Shown in pieces: positions 28,592 through 37,508 of a stretch of DNA of 64,000 bases; position 1 is the first letter of the stretch; every line of letters begins with the position of its first letter. Source of the DNA: Candidatus Yanofskybacteria bacterium (GTDB lineage: Bacteria > Patescibacteriota > Minisyncoccia > 2-02-FULL-40-12 > IGHO2-01-FULL-4-A). The DNA lies in NCBI GenBank assembly GCA_016185545.1, contig JACPNJ010000001.1:22565-86564 (forward strand). Direction: 5' to 3'. The notes beneath the pieces are model-generated. The model was not told the DNA's origin, made no database searches, and worked only from the letters and a program-made list of their open reading frames with translations. The position numbers and the translations under genes were made by a program.

Positions 28592-29209
28592 TTGTTTTTT
28601 ATCGTTCCGTTTGGAATTTTTGTTATTTCGGTAGCCATTATCTGCTGGATTATCGGCTGTAAGTTTGTTTATCTTAAAAAATTGGCGCCTGAAGTGGTTG
28701 AAAATTCAGTTTCCAATGAAGAGAGTTTTTTTGCTGAATTTTTTCCCGGATTAGCTACGCACTTTAACAGTTCAAGGGTGCGCCAGTTCCGGGTTAATCT
28801 CCTGGCTGAGTTTGAGAAATTTTTGCGCAAATTGCGTCTCTTATCCCTTAAATTAGATGCAGTGACGAACCATCTTATACACCGGGTGCGTAAATCAGTA
28901 GTACATCATGAGGGTATGTTGAATGGCGAGGCGGCGGCGCAAGCGGAGCAGGAGATGGCGATAAATATTAAAAACGGAAACGGCGATGCGGACCCCAAGG
29001 AAGAAGAACAACGGCTGATAATTGAAATTGCCAGAAACCCAAAGAATGTCCAATTATATAAAAAACTTGGTAATATATATATGAAGATAGGGGAGTGGCA
29101 TGATGCGGCGGAATCTTTTAAAAAAGTTTTGGAGCTAGAGCCGGAAGATGAAACAACGCGAAACAAATTAACACGACTCTTAAAAAAATTGGAAAAATTG
29201 CCGACCTAG
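28592..29209 (+). CDS. Membrane-anchored TPR protein
   Basis: N-terminal TM; C-terminal TPR YKKLGNIY...AAESFKKVLELEP. Confidence 0.7.
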   Translation: MFFIVPFGIFVISVAIICWIIGCKFVYLKKLAPEVVENSVSNEESFFAEFFPGLATHFNSSRVRQFRVNLLAEFEKFLRKLRLLSLKLDAVTNHLIHRVRKSVVHHEGMLNGEAAAQAEQEMAINIKNGNGDADPKEEEQRLIIEIARNPKNVQLYKKLGNIYMKIGEWHDAAESFKKVLELEPEDETTRNKLTRLLKKLEKLPT

Positions 29210-29271
29210 CTCAATGGCAGAGCAACACTTTTGTAAAGTGAAGGTTCCGAGTTCGAATCTCGGGGTCGGCT
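29200..29271 (+). tRNA. tRNA-Thr(TGT)
   Basis: GCCGACC/GGTCGGC acceptor, loop TT-TGT-AA, GTTCGAATC. Confidence 0.92.
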
Positions 29272-29289
29272 CATCAGTCGGCTAAAATA

Positions 29290-29373
29290 GGGGGTGTACT
29301 CAAGCAGTCAACGAGGGCAGACTGTAAATCTGCTGGCCTTGTGCCTACGTAGGTGCAAATCCTACCGCCCCCA
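29290..29373 (+). tRNA. tRNA-Tyr(GTA)
   Basis: GCAGA-CTGTAAA-TCTGC, long variable arm, T-loop TGCAAAT. Confidence 0.9.
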
Positions 29374-29526
29374 CAATTAGAGCAAGCCAATTGATTGGCT
29401 TGCGGGTAGGATTTGCAGGGCGCAGCTATGTTTCGCGAGTATTTGGCGAGCGAAACAGCGAGCAGCGGCCTGCGACCGCGAGGCCGGAAGGCCGAGCGAG
29501 TCGTAGGACAATCCTACCGCCCCCAC
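29374..29526 (+). mobile_element. tRNA-Tyr-linked mini-element with duplicated tRNA 3' end
   Basis: 17-bp direct repeat aatcctaccgcccccac (29358, 29510); inverted T-arm copy 29405-29417. Confidence 0.7.
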
Positions 29527-29562
29527 CGAATAAAAATTAAAAAATAATTTTTAACTAAATAG

Positions 29563-29637
29563 GCCGAAGTAGCTCAGGGGCAGAGCAATTCCATGGTAAG
29601 GAATAGGCCGTGGGTTCGATTCCCACCTTCGGCTCCA
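29563..29637 (+). tRNA. tRNA-Thr(GGT)
   Basis: GCCGAAG/CTTCGGC, loop AT-GGT-AA, encoded CCA. Confidence 0.92.
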
Positions 29638-29655
29638 AAACTAAATAAACGCAAT

Positions 29656-29814
29656 ATGTCACAAGATAATCTAATAAAATTGAAGTGTGGGCAGTGCAAG
29701 CGCGTCAATTATTTTTCTACCAAGAATAAGAAATTAGTCACTCGCGCGATCGAGTTGAAAAAGTTTTGTAAGTGGTGCAGGAAACACACGCCACACAAAG
29801 AAGCCAAAAAATAG
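29656..29814 (+). CDS. rpmG: 50S ribosomal protein L33
   Basis: LKCGQC...KNK...ELKKFCKWCRKHTPHKE. Confidence 0.93.
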   Translation: MSQDNLIKLKCGQCKRVNYFSTKNKKLVTRAIELKKFCKWCRKHTPHKEAKK

Positions 29815-29820
29815 CCACTC

Positions 29821-29968
29821 GCCATAGTACCCCTTGGGAACTTCAAAAATCCCAGCGAGATTTTTTCATCTTTTGTGATTGCCGCCATTTGTCAAGACAC
29901 TCACTTCGTTCGGTCATTGACAAAACCATGCTGGCGGCAACCCCAGAAGTCCCAAAAGGCACTATGGC
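29821..29968. mobile_element. Palindromic element family D copy 1
   Basis: gccatagtacc.../...ggcactatggc IR; reverse-complement homologue at 55424-55572. Confidence 0.8.
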
Positions 29969-29997
29969 TCGCTCTTGTTACCAGTAGTAATTAGACT

Positions 29998-30071
29998 GGG
30001 AGTGTCGGTTAATGGCAAACCAACGGTCTCCAAAACCGTGACTGCAGGTTCGACTCCTGCCACTCCCGCCA
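29998..30071 (+). tRNA. tRNA-Trp(CCA)
   Basis: GGGAGTG/CACTCCC, ACGGT-CTCCAAA-ACCGT, encoded CCA. Confidence 0.92.
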
Positions 30072-30188
30072 AAACTAAAACTCGGCTTGCGCCGAGTTTT
30101 TGATTTTAGTTGGCTCTTGCCAAAAGTTTTTTTAGTTGCTAGCATGAGTGCGGATGTATTTTTACAAATAAGAGAAGAGGAATCGGGT

Positions 30189-30413
30189 ATGACAGAAAAG
30201 TGGGACAGACGTTTTTTGGCGCTTGCTGAATTTGTCGCCCAATGGAGCAAAGATCCATCAACCAAAACCGGGGCCGTTATCGTTGATTCTAATAATAGAC
30301 TAGTATCCGTCGGATATAACGGTTTTCCGCGGGGCGTAAATGATTCGCCGGAGCGGTTAGAAAATCGCGAAATCAAAAACTGTTTTTCAACCTTGCGGGA
30401 GCAGGGTTTTTAA
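30189..30413 (+). pseudogene. Truncated dCMP deaminase
   Basis: WDRRFL, SKDPSTKTGAVI, GYNGFPRG; ends before HAE and PCxxC. Confidence 0.75.
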
Positions 30414-30460
30414 TTTAGTATGGGGTTGGTAATGTTATTTAAAAATTTAAGGATAAATCC

Positions 30461-31444
30461 ATGCCCGAAGTTAATCTGGAACAAATAAAAAAAATTGCCG
30501 AATTCTTAAAAAACCTACCAGAGAATGGCGGTGGCCTAAACTTTTACAGTTTTCAAAAGGATGGCAAACAAATTGTTGCTTCCGATATGTACCCGCCGCT
30601 TAATCATCCGCAAGCGATTAACTTTTTCTTTTTTACTTGTATGCATCAATACGGGTTTTGGTATGGTGATAAATATGGTTATATTGAACCGCTTTTCGGA
30701 ACGATAAACGGCAAAAAGACCAAAGGCTCAGATTTGTTGTGGAAAGCGGCAATGCGAGCGTTTAATCAAGATGCCGAATGTTTTGAACCGAAAAAACTGG
30801 CTGTTGTTAGCCCGCATGATTTAGCCCGCACAATTTTAACTGATGACAACGGCACTATTCCGTTTCCTGATTTTGAAACTAGATTTCAACTGACGCGGGC
30901 TTACGGACTATGGTTTCAAGAAGCAAGTTCTAGAAATTCCCAAGAGTTAGTTCGGTTCAGCAATTGCAGTAAAAACTCATTACGCAAGTTTCTTGAAATA
31001 ATACGAGAAGTGCCGGGTTATAATAAAGATAAGCTTCAAAAGAAAAACCTGCTTCTTGCCATGGTTTTGGCCAATCGGCCGGAAAAGTTTTTGGAAGTGA
31101 AAGATCCATGGAACTGGCAGCCGATTGTTGATTACCACCTCATGAGATTGGCTTTGCGGCAAGGCCTGGTTGGCCTTGATGATCAGGAAAAGAAACAAAA
31201 CGAAGCAAGAAAATGGACGGATGCGGTGATCGAATCTTCAATTCGTGAAGCGGTTTTTGAGGCTATGGGGATTATTATAAAAGAATCGGGTAAATCCATG
31301 TCTTTTGTGGACGAGAAATTCTGGAATGGCCGACGCTATTGTCCGGAAACGGAAATACCCGATTGCCAAAGATGCTTGTTTAATTCTGTTTGCAAGAAGC
31401 GGATTGAACTTTTCCAGCCGATCTTTAGAACTACGGCGTATTGA
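30461..31444 (+). CDS. Queuosine-salvage (QNG1/DUF2419)-like / HhH-superfamily glycosylase with C-terminal Cys4 Fe-S motif
   Basis: QYGFW, KGSDLL, LQKK, VDYHLMRLALRQG, C-X7-C-X2-C-X5-C. Confidence 0.55.
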   Translation: MPEVNLEQIKKIAEFLKNLPENGGGLNFYSFQKDGKQIVASDMYPPLNHPQAINFFFFTCMHQYGFWYGDKYGYIEPLFGTINGKKTKGSDLLWKAAMRAFNQDAECFEPKKLAVVSPHDLARTILTDDNGTIPFPDFETRFQLTRAYGLWFQEASSRNSQELVRFSNCSKNSLRKFLEIIREVPGYNKDKLQKKNLLLAMVLANRPEKFLEVKDPWNWQPIVDYHLMRLALRQGLVGLDDQEKKQNEARKWTDAVIESSIREAVFEAMGIIIKESGKSMSFVDEKFWNGRRYCPETEIPDCQRCLFNSVCKKRIELFQPIFRTTAY

Positions 31445-31538
31445 TCCCCGACATTGGAGGTTGCGGTGTGTTGCCAAAATTTTTTAACTTGCTAGCATGA
31501 ATTAAGGTGGTACATTAATAATAGAAAAGGAGCAGCTA

Positions 31539-33032
31539 ATGGCAAAATATGGCGAATGGCCAGATAATTTGGAAACGAGATTAAAAAAACACTGGAAGGA
31601 CGCGAAGAATAATCGTGATGAATTTAAAAAATTAGTCTTGGAAGATAAGGTTTTAATGAAGCAAAAAAGCTGGAATGCTTGCCGGCTGAAAGCAGGATTT
31701 CTCAGTTTTTTTAAAAATGCCAAACCATCACAAAAGAAATACCCATTTTCTCAACTTGAAGAAACCAAAAAACAAGAACTTCTTAAACTTCTTGCCGATG
31801 GCAATGTGGGATGGACAGAAGTTTTTCAGAAATTTCCCGGATTTTCTGAATTACAATTCAAGAATTTTGCCAAAAACCAAAGCACAGGCGTAAATAAAAA
31901 GAAAAAAGAAATTTCTCCGGAAGAATTCAAAAAAAATGTTGGCAAGTATACTGATCGGGCGCTTAAGTTTTTGCGTGAATTCGGACCGGCAAATGCCGAT
32001 AAAATTTCTGACGAAATAGAGATAAGCGCGCAAATGGTTTTTCGCGTAGTTGAGGAACTGGCCCGCCGCGGTTATCAGGTAGTCAAAGATCCCGACGGCA
32101 GATTTCGTCTTTCTACTTCTGAAGCCAAAACGGTCGCGACAGAGCACCACTGGCGTCCGACCACTAGAATTTTAATTTGGAGTGGCGCGGAACTGGGCGG
32201 TATCGGACAACAAGCCGATCTTCTTAAGACTGTCTATCATACTATTGTCCCGGAAGAAAAACCGGATTTTGTAATAGCGCTCGGCAATGTTATAGTTGGC
32301 AATTTGTCAGCGGTCAAGCGAAACGAAACATTTTTAGAATTAGAACAAGAGTACGAAGAAGACTATAAGAAAAAGAAAAAAATTTCCGAGTTGCTTTATC
32401 AAGCTCAAATTGATTATATCTTAAATGTTATCGGTGATGAGGCTATGACTTGTTTGCCCAGCCACAGATGCAATACCTATTTCATCAGCGGTCTAAAAGA
32501 ACAATCGTTTATTAAGCAAGGGTTTGAAGACCCGCTTGAAAATATTTGCGATCAGAGACGAGAATTAAAAGGCGCCAAACATCAAGACTGGTTTTATTTT
32601 GGCAGAAATATGCACATGTTCAGGATTATTAATACCGGTAAGCCAGTCGGGGTGCTCGCACTTACCTCAAAGAAAAATCCTTTTCGCGGTGCTTATACCC
32701 GCGGTTACAGACCACGCAAAACATCAACTTCTATTGCTGGTTGGCTTATTAATACCTTGCGTACCAAGGGAGTCAATGACTACCCGCGGGTAATTATTTG
32801 GACAGACGGTGTTGGCGTTTATACCGCGCTAGGTGATAGCGAAGCGTCTACATTTATAAGCTTACCCAAACTTGCTGTTACCGATCCGACTGAACTTGAA
32901 CTGGATACGCCGCCTAATTTGGGTTGTGTAATCGTTGACCTCACGTTTAATGAACATGGTGAACTCAAGCAGAATGGGATAGAGTGGAAATTCAGAAATT
33001 TAGCGCCCTACATAAACGAGCGAGGGTATTAA
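31539..33032 (+). CDS. wHTH + degenerate calcineurin-like phosphoesterase
   Basis: wHTH ADKISDEIE..VEELARRGY; motifs SGAELG, LGNVIVG, SGLKE at the SDxH/GD/GNH positions. Confidence 0.55.
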   Translation: MAKYGEWPDNLETRLKKHWKDAKNNRDEFKKLVLEDKVLMKQKSWNACRLKAGFLSFFKNAKPSQKKYPFSQLEETKKQELLKLLADGNVGWTEVFQKFPGFSELQFKNFAKNQSTGVNKKKKEISPEEFKKNVGKYTDRALKFLREFGPANADKISDEIEISAQMVFRVVEELARRGYQVVKDPDGRFRLSTSEAKTVATEHHWRPTTRILIWSGAELGGIGQQADLLKTVYHTIVPEEKPDFVIALGNVIVGNLSAVKRNETFLELEQEYEEDYKKKKKISELLYQAQIDYILNVIGDEAMTCLPSHRCNTYFISGLKEQSFIKQGFEDPLENICDQRRELKGAKHQDWFYFGRNMHMFRIINTGKPVGVLALTSKKNPFRGAYTRGYRPRKTSTSIAGWLINTLRTKGVNDYPRVIIWTDGVGVYTALGDSEASTFISLPKLAVTDPTELELDTPPNLGCVIVDLTFNEHGELKQNGIEWKFRNLAPYINERGY

Positions 33033-33033
33033 C

Positions 33034-34149
33034 GTGAAAAAAATAAATGGTAATCATGAGCTTGCTTCAAAAATACTGGATACGCTAAATAAGAGATCGG
33101 CAAAGCTTGGTGAACTGGAAAGAGCATTTAATCAAAGTAAAAACGCCATAGTATTAGCTATTGATTTTCTTAAACAAAAGGGCCACAAAATTGTATTTAA
33201 ACCGGTAAGCGGTATGTATTTTTTGGAACATGCCACAAGGACCAAGTTTGAAGCGATTCCAAAAGAAATATTATATTCCGGACCAACCATTAGAAAATTA
33301 GGGATGAGCGAAACCCATTTCGGTGGCCGGCATTCTCAGCCGCATTTTATTGTTGCGCTTTGGGTCGCGATCAAAAGCGGCGAATTCGGTAAAATAGACC
33401 TCATTACGCACTATGGTGATGTTTTTAACGGTTTAAAGCATGCCGACTATAGCCGTGGCGGCAATATTTTGAATGGTGTAGACACACAGATGCGCCTTGG
33501 AATTATTGCAATGTCTTGTTTTGAAGGAATGCCGGTTTATATAAGGCCGGGCGATCATGATATGTGGCAGCATACAACCGCCGGTGTTAATATGGTTGCC
33601 AATCTGGTGGAAAAACTTAACTTGATGAGAAAAGCAGAAAACAAAGAACAGAACTTCAATTATGTAAGTTCAGACAATAACGACCAAATAGAATTCAACA
33701 ATTTCATATTTGAGTTTAAACACATTATGTCGGCGCAGTCCCGAGGGTTAACAACCAAAGCCCAATATATGTTTGAAGATAGAATGGGAGATTTTGTTAA
33801 GTCATTAAGAGGCAATGGCGTGTCAAAAAACACGGCTCAGCCGCATCACATAGGATTTGGTAATTGGCACAGAGAGATTAGTTTTTTTCATGGCGGGACA
33901 GCCATGGATCTTTATCCTGGTTTTCAGGAATCAACTGATTGGGAAAAAAACATGGGCATTGTTCACAAATTTGGCGCCAAAGTAGTAACCCTTGGTAAAG
34001 ATAAAAATGGAAATATTTTCCGATACGATGTTCGCTATATTGACTTTACCGATATAATTGAAAAAATTACCGGCCACGATTTGGATGACGCGCTGCTGAA
34101 TCTTGCCCTCCGAGCATTTAATAAATGGAAGAAAAAGTTGGGGGTATAA
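33034..34149 (+). CDS. wHTH + calcineurin-like metallophosphoesterase
   Basis: N-terminal wHTH; SETHFG, GDVFNG, PGDHD, FKH, GNWH, PGFQ. Confidence 0.65.
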   Translation: MKKINGNHELASKILDTLNKRSAKLGELERAFNQSKNAIVLAIDFLKQKGHKIVFKPVSGMYFLEHATRTKFEAIPKEILYSGPTIRKLGMSETHFGGRHSQPHFIVALWVAIKSGEFGKIDLITHYGDVFNGLKHADYSRGGNILNGVDTQMRLGIIAMSCFEGMPVYIRPGDHDMWQHTTAGVNMVANLVEKLNLMRKAENKEQNFNYVSSDNNDQIEFNNFIFEFKHIMSAQSRGLTTKAQYMFEDRMGDFVKSLRGNGVSKNTAQPHHIGFGNWHREISFFHGGTAMDLYPGFQESTDWEKNMGIVHKFGAKVVTLGKDKNGNIFRYDVRYIDFTDIIEKITGHDLDDALLNLALRAFNKWKKKLGV

Positions 34150-34219
34150 ATAATTATTTTAAAAACAAAAGCCGAGATTAACTCGGTTTTTTATATTATT
34201 TCAAAAAAATAGAATAAAA

Positions 34220-34471
34220 TTATAATACTTCGATTTTAAGTTTGCGAGGTTCGTTTGGCGGGATTTTTTTAACGGTAGAACGAAGATCAGCCCGGTTAGT
34301 TTCAATTCCTTTCATTAGAAATTCAACATCTTCAATTTTGTAAACGCGGTAGTTATTCACGGGGTTGCGGTGGGCAACAAGAGCGCCTTTTTTGTCCCAG
34401 TTACGGACCGTCAAAGGCGTTACGCCGAATATTTTAGCAACCTCATTTACGGTTAGATATTTTTTAGGCAC
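34220..34471 (-). CDS. MerR-family HTH protein
   Basis: LTVNEVAKIFGVTPLTVRNWD...NNYRVY. Confidence 0.85.
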   Translation of the reverse strand: MPKKYLTVNEVAKIFGVTPLTVRNWDKKGALVAHRNPVNNYRVYKIEDVEFLMKGIETNRADLRSTVKKIPPNEPRKLKIEVL

Positions 34472-34892
34472 GATTTAGTTGTCAGTTATCAGCAAAAATT
34501 TAGCTGCAAACTGCAAACTTAGATTTCTTTATTAACCTCCCTCACCATATTAAAGCTTATTGAACTTTAATATTAACACCATATCTTTTACTAAAAAATC
34601 AATCAATGTGGATAACTTGCTTGTGTAATCGGCAGTCGCAAGCCGCCAATCGTTAATAACGCGGAGCCCCGACCTTGTCGGGGCTCCGCAGAACGTGCCC
34701 GCATTCCAAAAATTCGGAAAGCGGACTCTCATATCATATTGCACCCAGAACTAAAACCAAAAATAATGCGAATACTATAAAATATGTCAACTTGACTATA
34801 AAATTGTATTTACTAAAATTTTATCTAGCTTTGATAGCTTTGTGGGGTTGACCGTTGGGTAAATTGTGCAATCTATCAAACCGACGAAGTCT

Positions 34893-37388
34893 ATGGAAAT
34901 AAATTTAGCGAACAGCGAGGAGCGGGGATATCAAAATTTTACTGAAGAAAATTTTGATAATCACGAAACTTTGGTTGAAGAAGAATTGCCAGTGCGTCAA
35001 TATGCCGAGGATGTATCAACCCTGCCCGCGCAGGCAGGCGAAACTAACCCTATTTTTAGGAAAATGATACGGTGGCTGGTTTATGCCGCGGCGTTTTTGA
35101 CGCCATTATGGTTTTTGCCGTGGACGGCGGATATCACGGCATTCAACAAGCAGACGCTTTTGATTGCAGCGGCCGGGATCGGCTTAGTGATATGGCTGGT
35201 TGATGTTATCAAAAGCGGAGCCGTAAGATATAAACCAAGCAATTTATATTTGCCTGTATTTGGATTAGTTGCGGCCGGAATAATTTCGGTGATTTTTTCT
35301 GTCAGCCGGACCGCCAGTCTTTTCGGTGCCGCCGGCGACAGAAGCTGGTCTTTAATAAGCTTGATGGCGTTGGCGGTATTATTCATGCTTGCCGTCAATG
35401 TCATAGAGGACCAAGGTCGGTTCTTAAGGAAAATAATTATTGTCTCGTTAGCACTGGCATTTCTTTACGGGGCGCTTCAGATATTTGGCTTATATTTGTT
35501 CAAGGGTGAGCTATTTGCGAGCCGATCATTCAATAGCGTCGGCTCTCTTAATTCTCTTGGTATTTTAGCGGCGTTAGCGCTGGCATTTTTTACCGTGTCT
35601 GGTTCTGTGAGAACCGTGAACCAAGAATCACAGCTTGGCAGCCTGACTGCCAAATGGCAAGATTGGGTCATGGATGGAGCCAGATATGTCGGTTTGGCTT
35701 TAGCATTATTTTTTGTAATCCTTGTTAATTGGTGGCCGATTTGGACCGTGGCTTTCATTTCACTTCTAGCTTTTGTTGCTTTTGCCTCTGCTAGCAATAC
35801 CGCGCTCTTAAAAAGGGGCAGGATGAAATTATTTGCCATACCGATGGCGGTAATAGTATTAGGAATATTTTTGATGCTTATCAACTTCAACTGGGTTTCC
35901 ATAAAATCAAAATTGCCAGTAGAAATAGCGCCGGCTCAAAAAATTTCTTGGGCTATAGCTGTGGATTCATTGAAGATGCGGCCCATGGGACACGGCATGG
36001 AAAATTTTGGCATTGCCTACGACAAATTCAAGCCAGCCAGTATCGCCAATACTGTTTTTTACCAAATTAGATTTATGAATGCTGCATCCGAAATTGTAAA
36101 TATGGCCGTTGAGGGCGGCATATTAATGATTTTGGCGTTTTTGGCTCTTTTATGGTTTTACGGAAAGTCACTGGTTGCTTCGGTGAAAAACAATTTTAAT
36201 GGCATTGCCGGTTCAAGCGCTAACTGGGCAGTAAGTTTTGGATTACTGGCGGTTTTCTTTTTGTATCCTCTTAATCTCCCGCTTCTTACATTGTTTTTTA
36301 TGTTTTTGGTTTTGACGTCACTGTCCAGTTTAGAATCTGCCGAAGAAAAAATAATAAATCTGGAAAGCGATGCCAAGTATTCATTTGTCGGTTCGGTGGT
36401 ATTCATAGTGGGGTTGGTGGCGGTTTCAGTCGCCGGTTATTTTACCGTGAATAATTACTTGGCCAACGTTTATCTGGCGAAAGCCGCGCGATCGTCGGAT
36501 CGGAACAAAGCCATAGAATATTATGTTGCCAGCGCTAACACAAACGGCAAGGATGCCAGAGTTTATAGATTGCTGTCCCAAACAGTTCTGGCGGAATTAT
36601 CGGAAAACCTCAAAATCGGACCAAAGAAAGATGAAACTCGGGAAAACTACAATGCTAGAATACAAAATCAAATCGCTTCGGCGGTCAGTATTACTATTCG
36701 AGCTACCGATGCCGATCCTGCCGATTCGCAGAATTGGGCCAATCGTGGTTTGATTTATCATAATTTGATTACTTTGGTCAGCGGAGCTGATCAGGCGGCA
36801 ATAAATACTTACAACGAATCACTGGCCCGCAATCCGAACGACCCGGCGACATATTTAAGAATAGGCAATATTTACTTTACTTTAGCCGATAATCTGCAGA
36901 AATCATCTGGAACAAGGAACCAAATTGAAGATAATCTGAATAAAGCCGAAGATAATTTTAAGAAAGCTATTGCGCTTTATAGTAATTACGGCCAGGCGCT
37001 GTATAATTTGGCTGCCGTTTATGATCGGCAGGGAAAAGTACCCAACGCGATTAAACAATTTGAAAAATTGCAAGCCAACAATTTACGCAATCCGAGCTTT
37101 GCCTTTCAGTTAGGTTTGCTTTATTATCGCAATAACCAGAAAGATAATGCTCTTCGCGCTTGGCAACAGGCAGTATTGCTTTTCCCGAATTACTCCAACG
37201 CGCGCTGGTACTTGTCTTTAATTTACGAGGAAAGGGGCGAATTAGAACAAGCGCTTGGACAAGTAAGAGAAATAGAGAAATTTAATCACGATAACAAGTT
37301 GGTCCAGCAGCGGCTTACACAGTTGGAAGCAGGCAAAAGGACAATTCCGCCTGAAAAACTGCTTGATAAAGAACCGTTGAATCAATAG
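34893..37388 (+). CDS. Polytopic membrane protein (O-antigen ligase-like) with C-terminal TPRs
   Basis: About 12 TM helices, GHGMENF loop, several TPR repeats. Confidence 0.75.
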   Translation: MEINLANSEERGYQNFTEENFDNHETLVEEELPVRQYAEDVSTLPAQAGETNPIFRKMIRWLVYAAAFLTPLWFLPWTADITAFNKQTLLIAAAGIGLVIWLVDVIKSGAVRYKPSNLYLPVFGLVAAGIISVIFSVSRTASLFGAAGDRSWSLISLMALAVLFMLAVNVIEDQGRFLRKIIIVSLALAFLYGALQIFGLYLFKGELFASRSFNSVGSLNSLGILAALALAFFTVSGSVRTVNQESQLGSLTAKWQDWVMDGARYVGLALALFFVILVNWWPIWTVAFISLLAFVAFASASNTALLKRGRMKLFAIPMAVIVLGIFLMLINFNWVSIKSKLPVEIAPAQKISWAIAVDSLKMRPMGHGMENFGIAYDKFKPASIANTVFYQIRFMNAASEIVNMAVEGGILMILAFLALLWFYGKSLVASVKNNFNGIAGSSANWAVSFGLLAVFFLYPLNLPLLTLFFMFLVLTSLSSLESAEEKIINLESDAKYSFVGSVVFIVGLVAVSVAGYFTVNNYLANVYLAKAARSSDRNKAIEYYVASANTNGKDARVYRLLSQTVLAELSENLKIGPKKDETRENYNARIQNQIASAVSITIRATDADPADSQNWANRGLIYHNLITLVSGADQAAINTYNESLARNPNDPATYLRIGNIYFTLADNLQKSSGTRNQIEDNLNKAEDNFKKAIALYSNYGQALYNLAAVYDRQGKVPNAIKQFEKLQANNLRNPSFAFQLGLLYYRNNQKDNALRAWQQAVLLFPNYSNARWYLSLIYEERGELEQALGQVREIEKFNHDNKLVQQRLTQLEAGKRTIPPEKLLDKEPLNQ

Positions 37389-37508
37389 TTTGGCTTAACC
37401 TCTGTCAAAAATATCAAATTCATTTCTATTTATCCGGCACAAAATCACTGGAAAATTGTTTCAATTATAATTTCGGCTTCTTTTATAGCGGGGTCTGTTT
37501 TAGTTTTC

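Noticed and set aside
26203-34616. oriC from DnaA-box-like TGTGGATAA sites (26203, 34607)
   Set aside because: Isolated boxes, no cluster, no dnaA nearby
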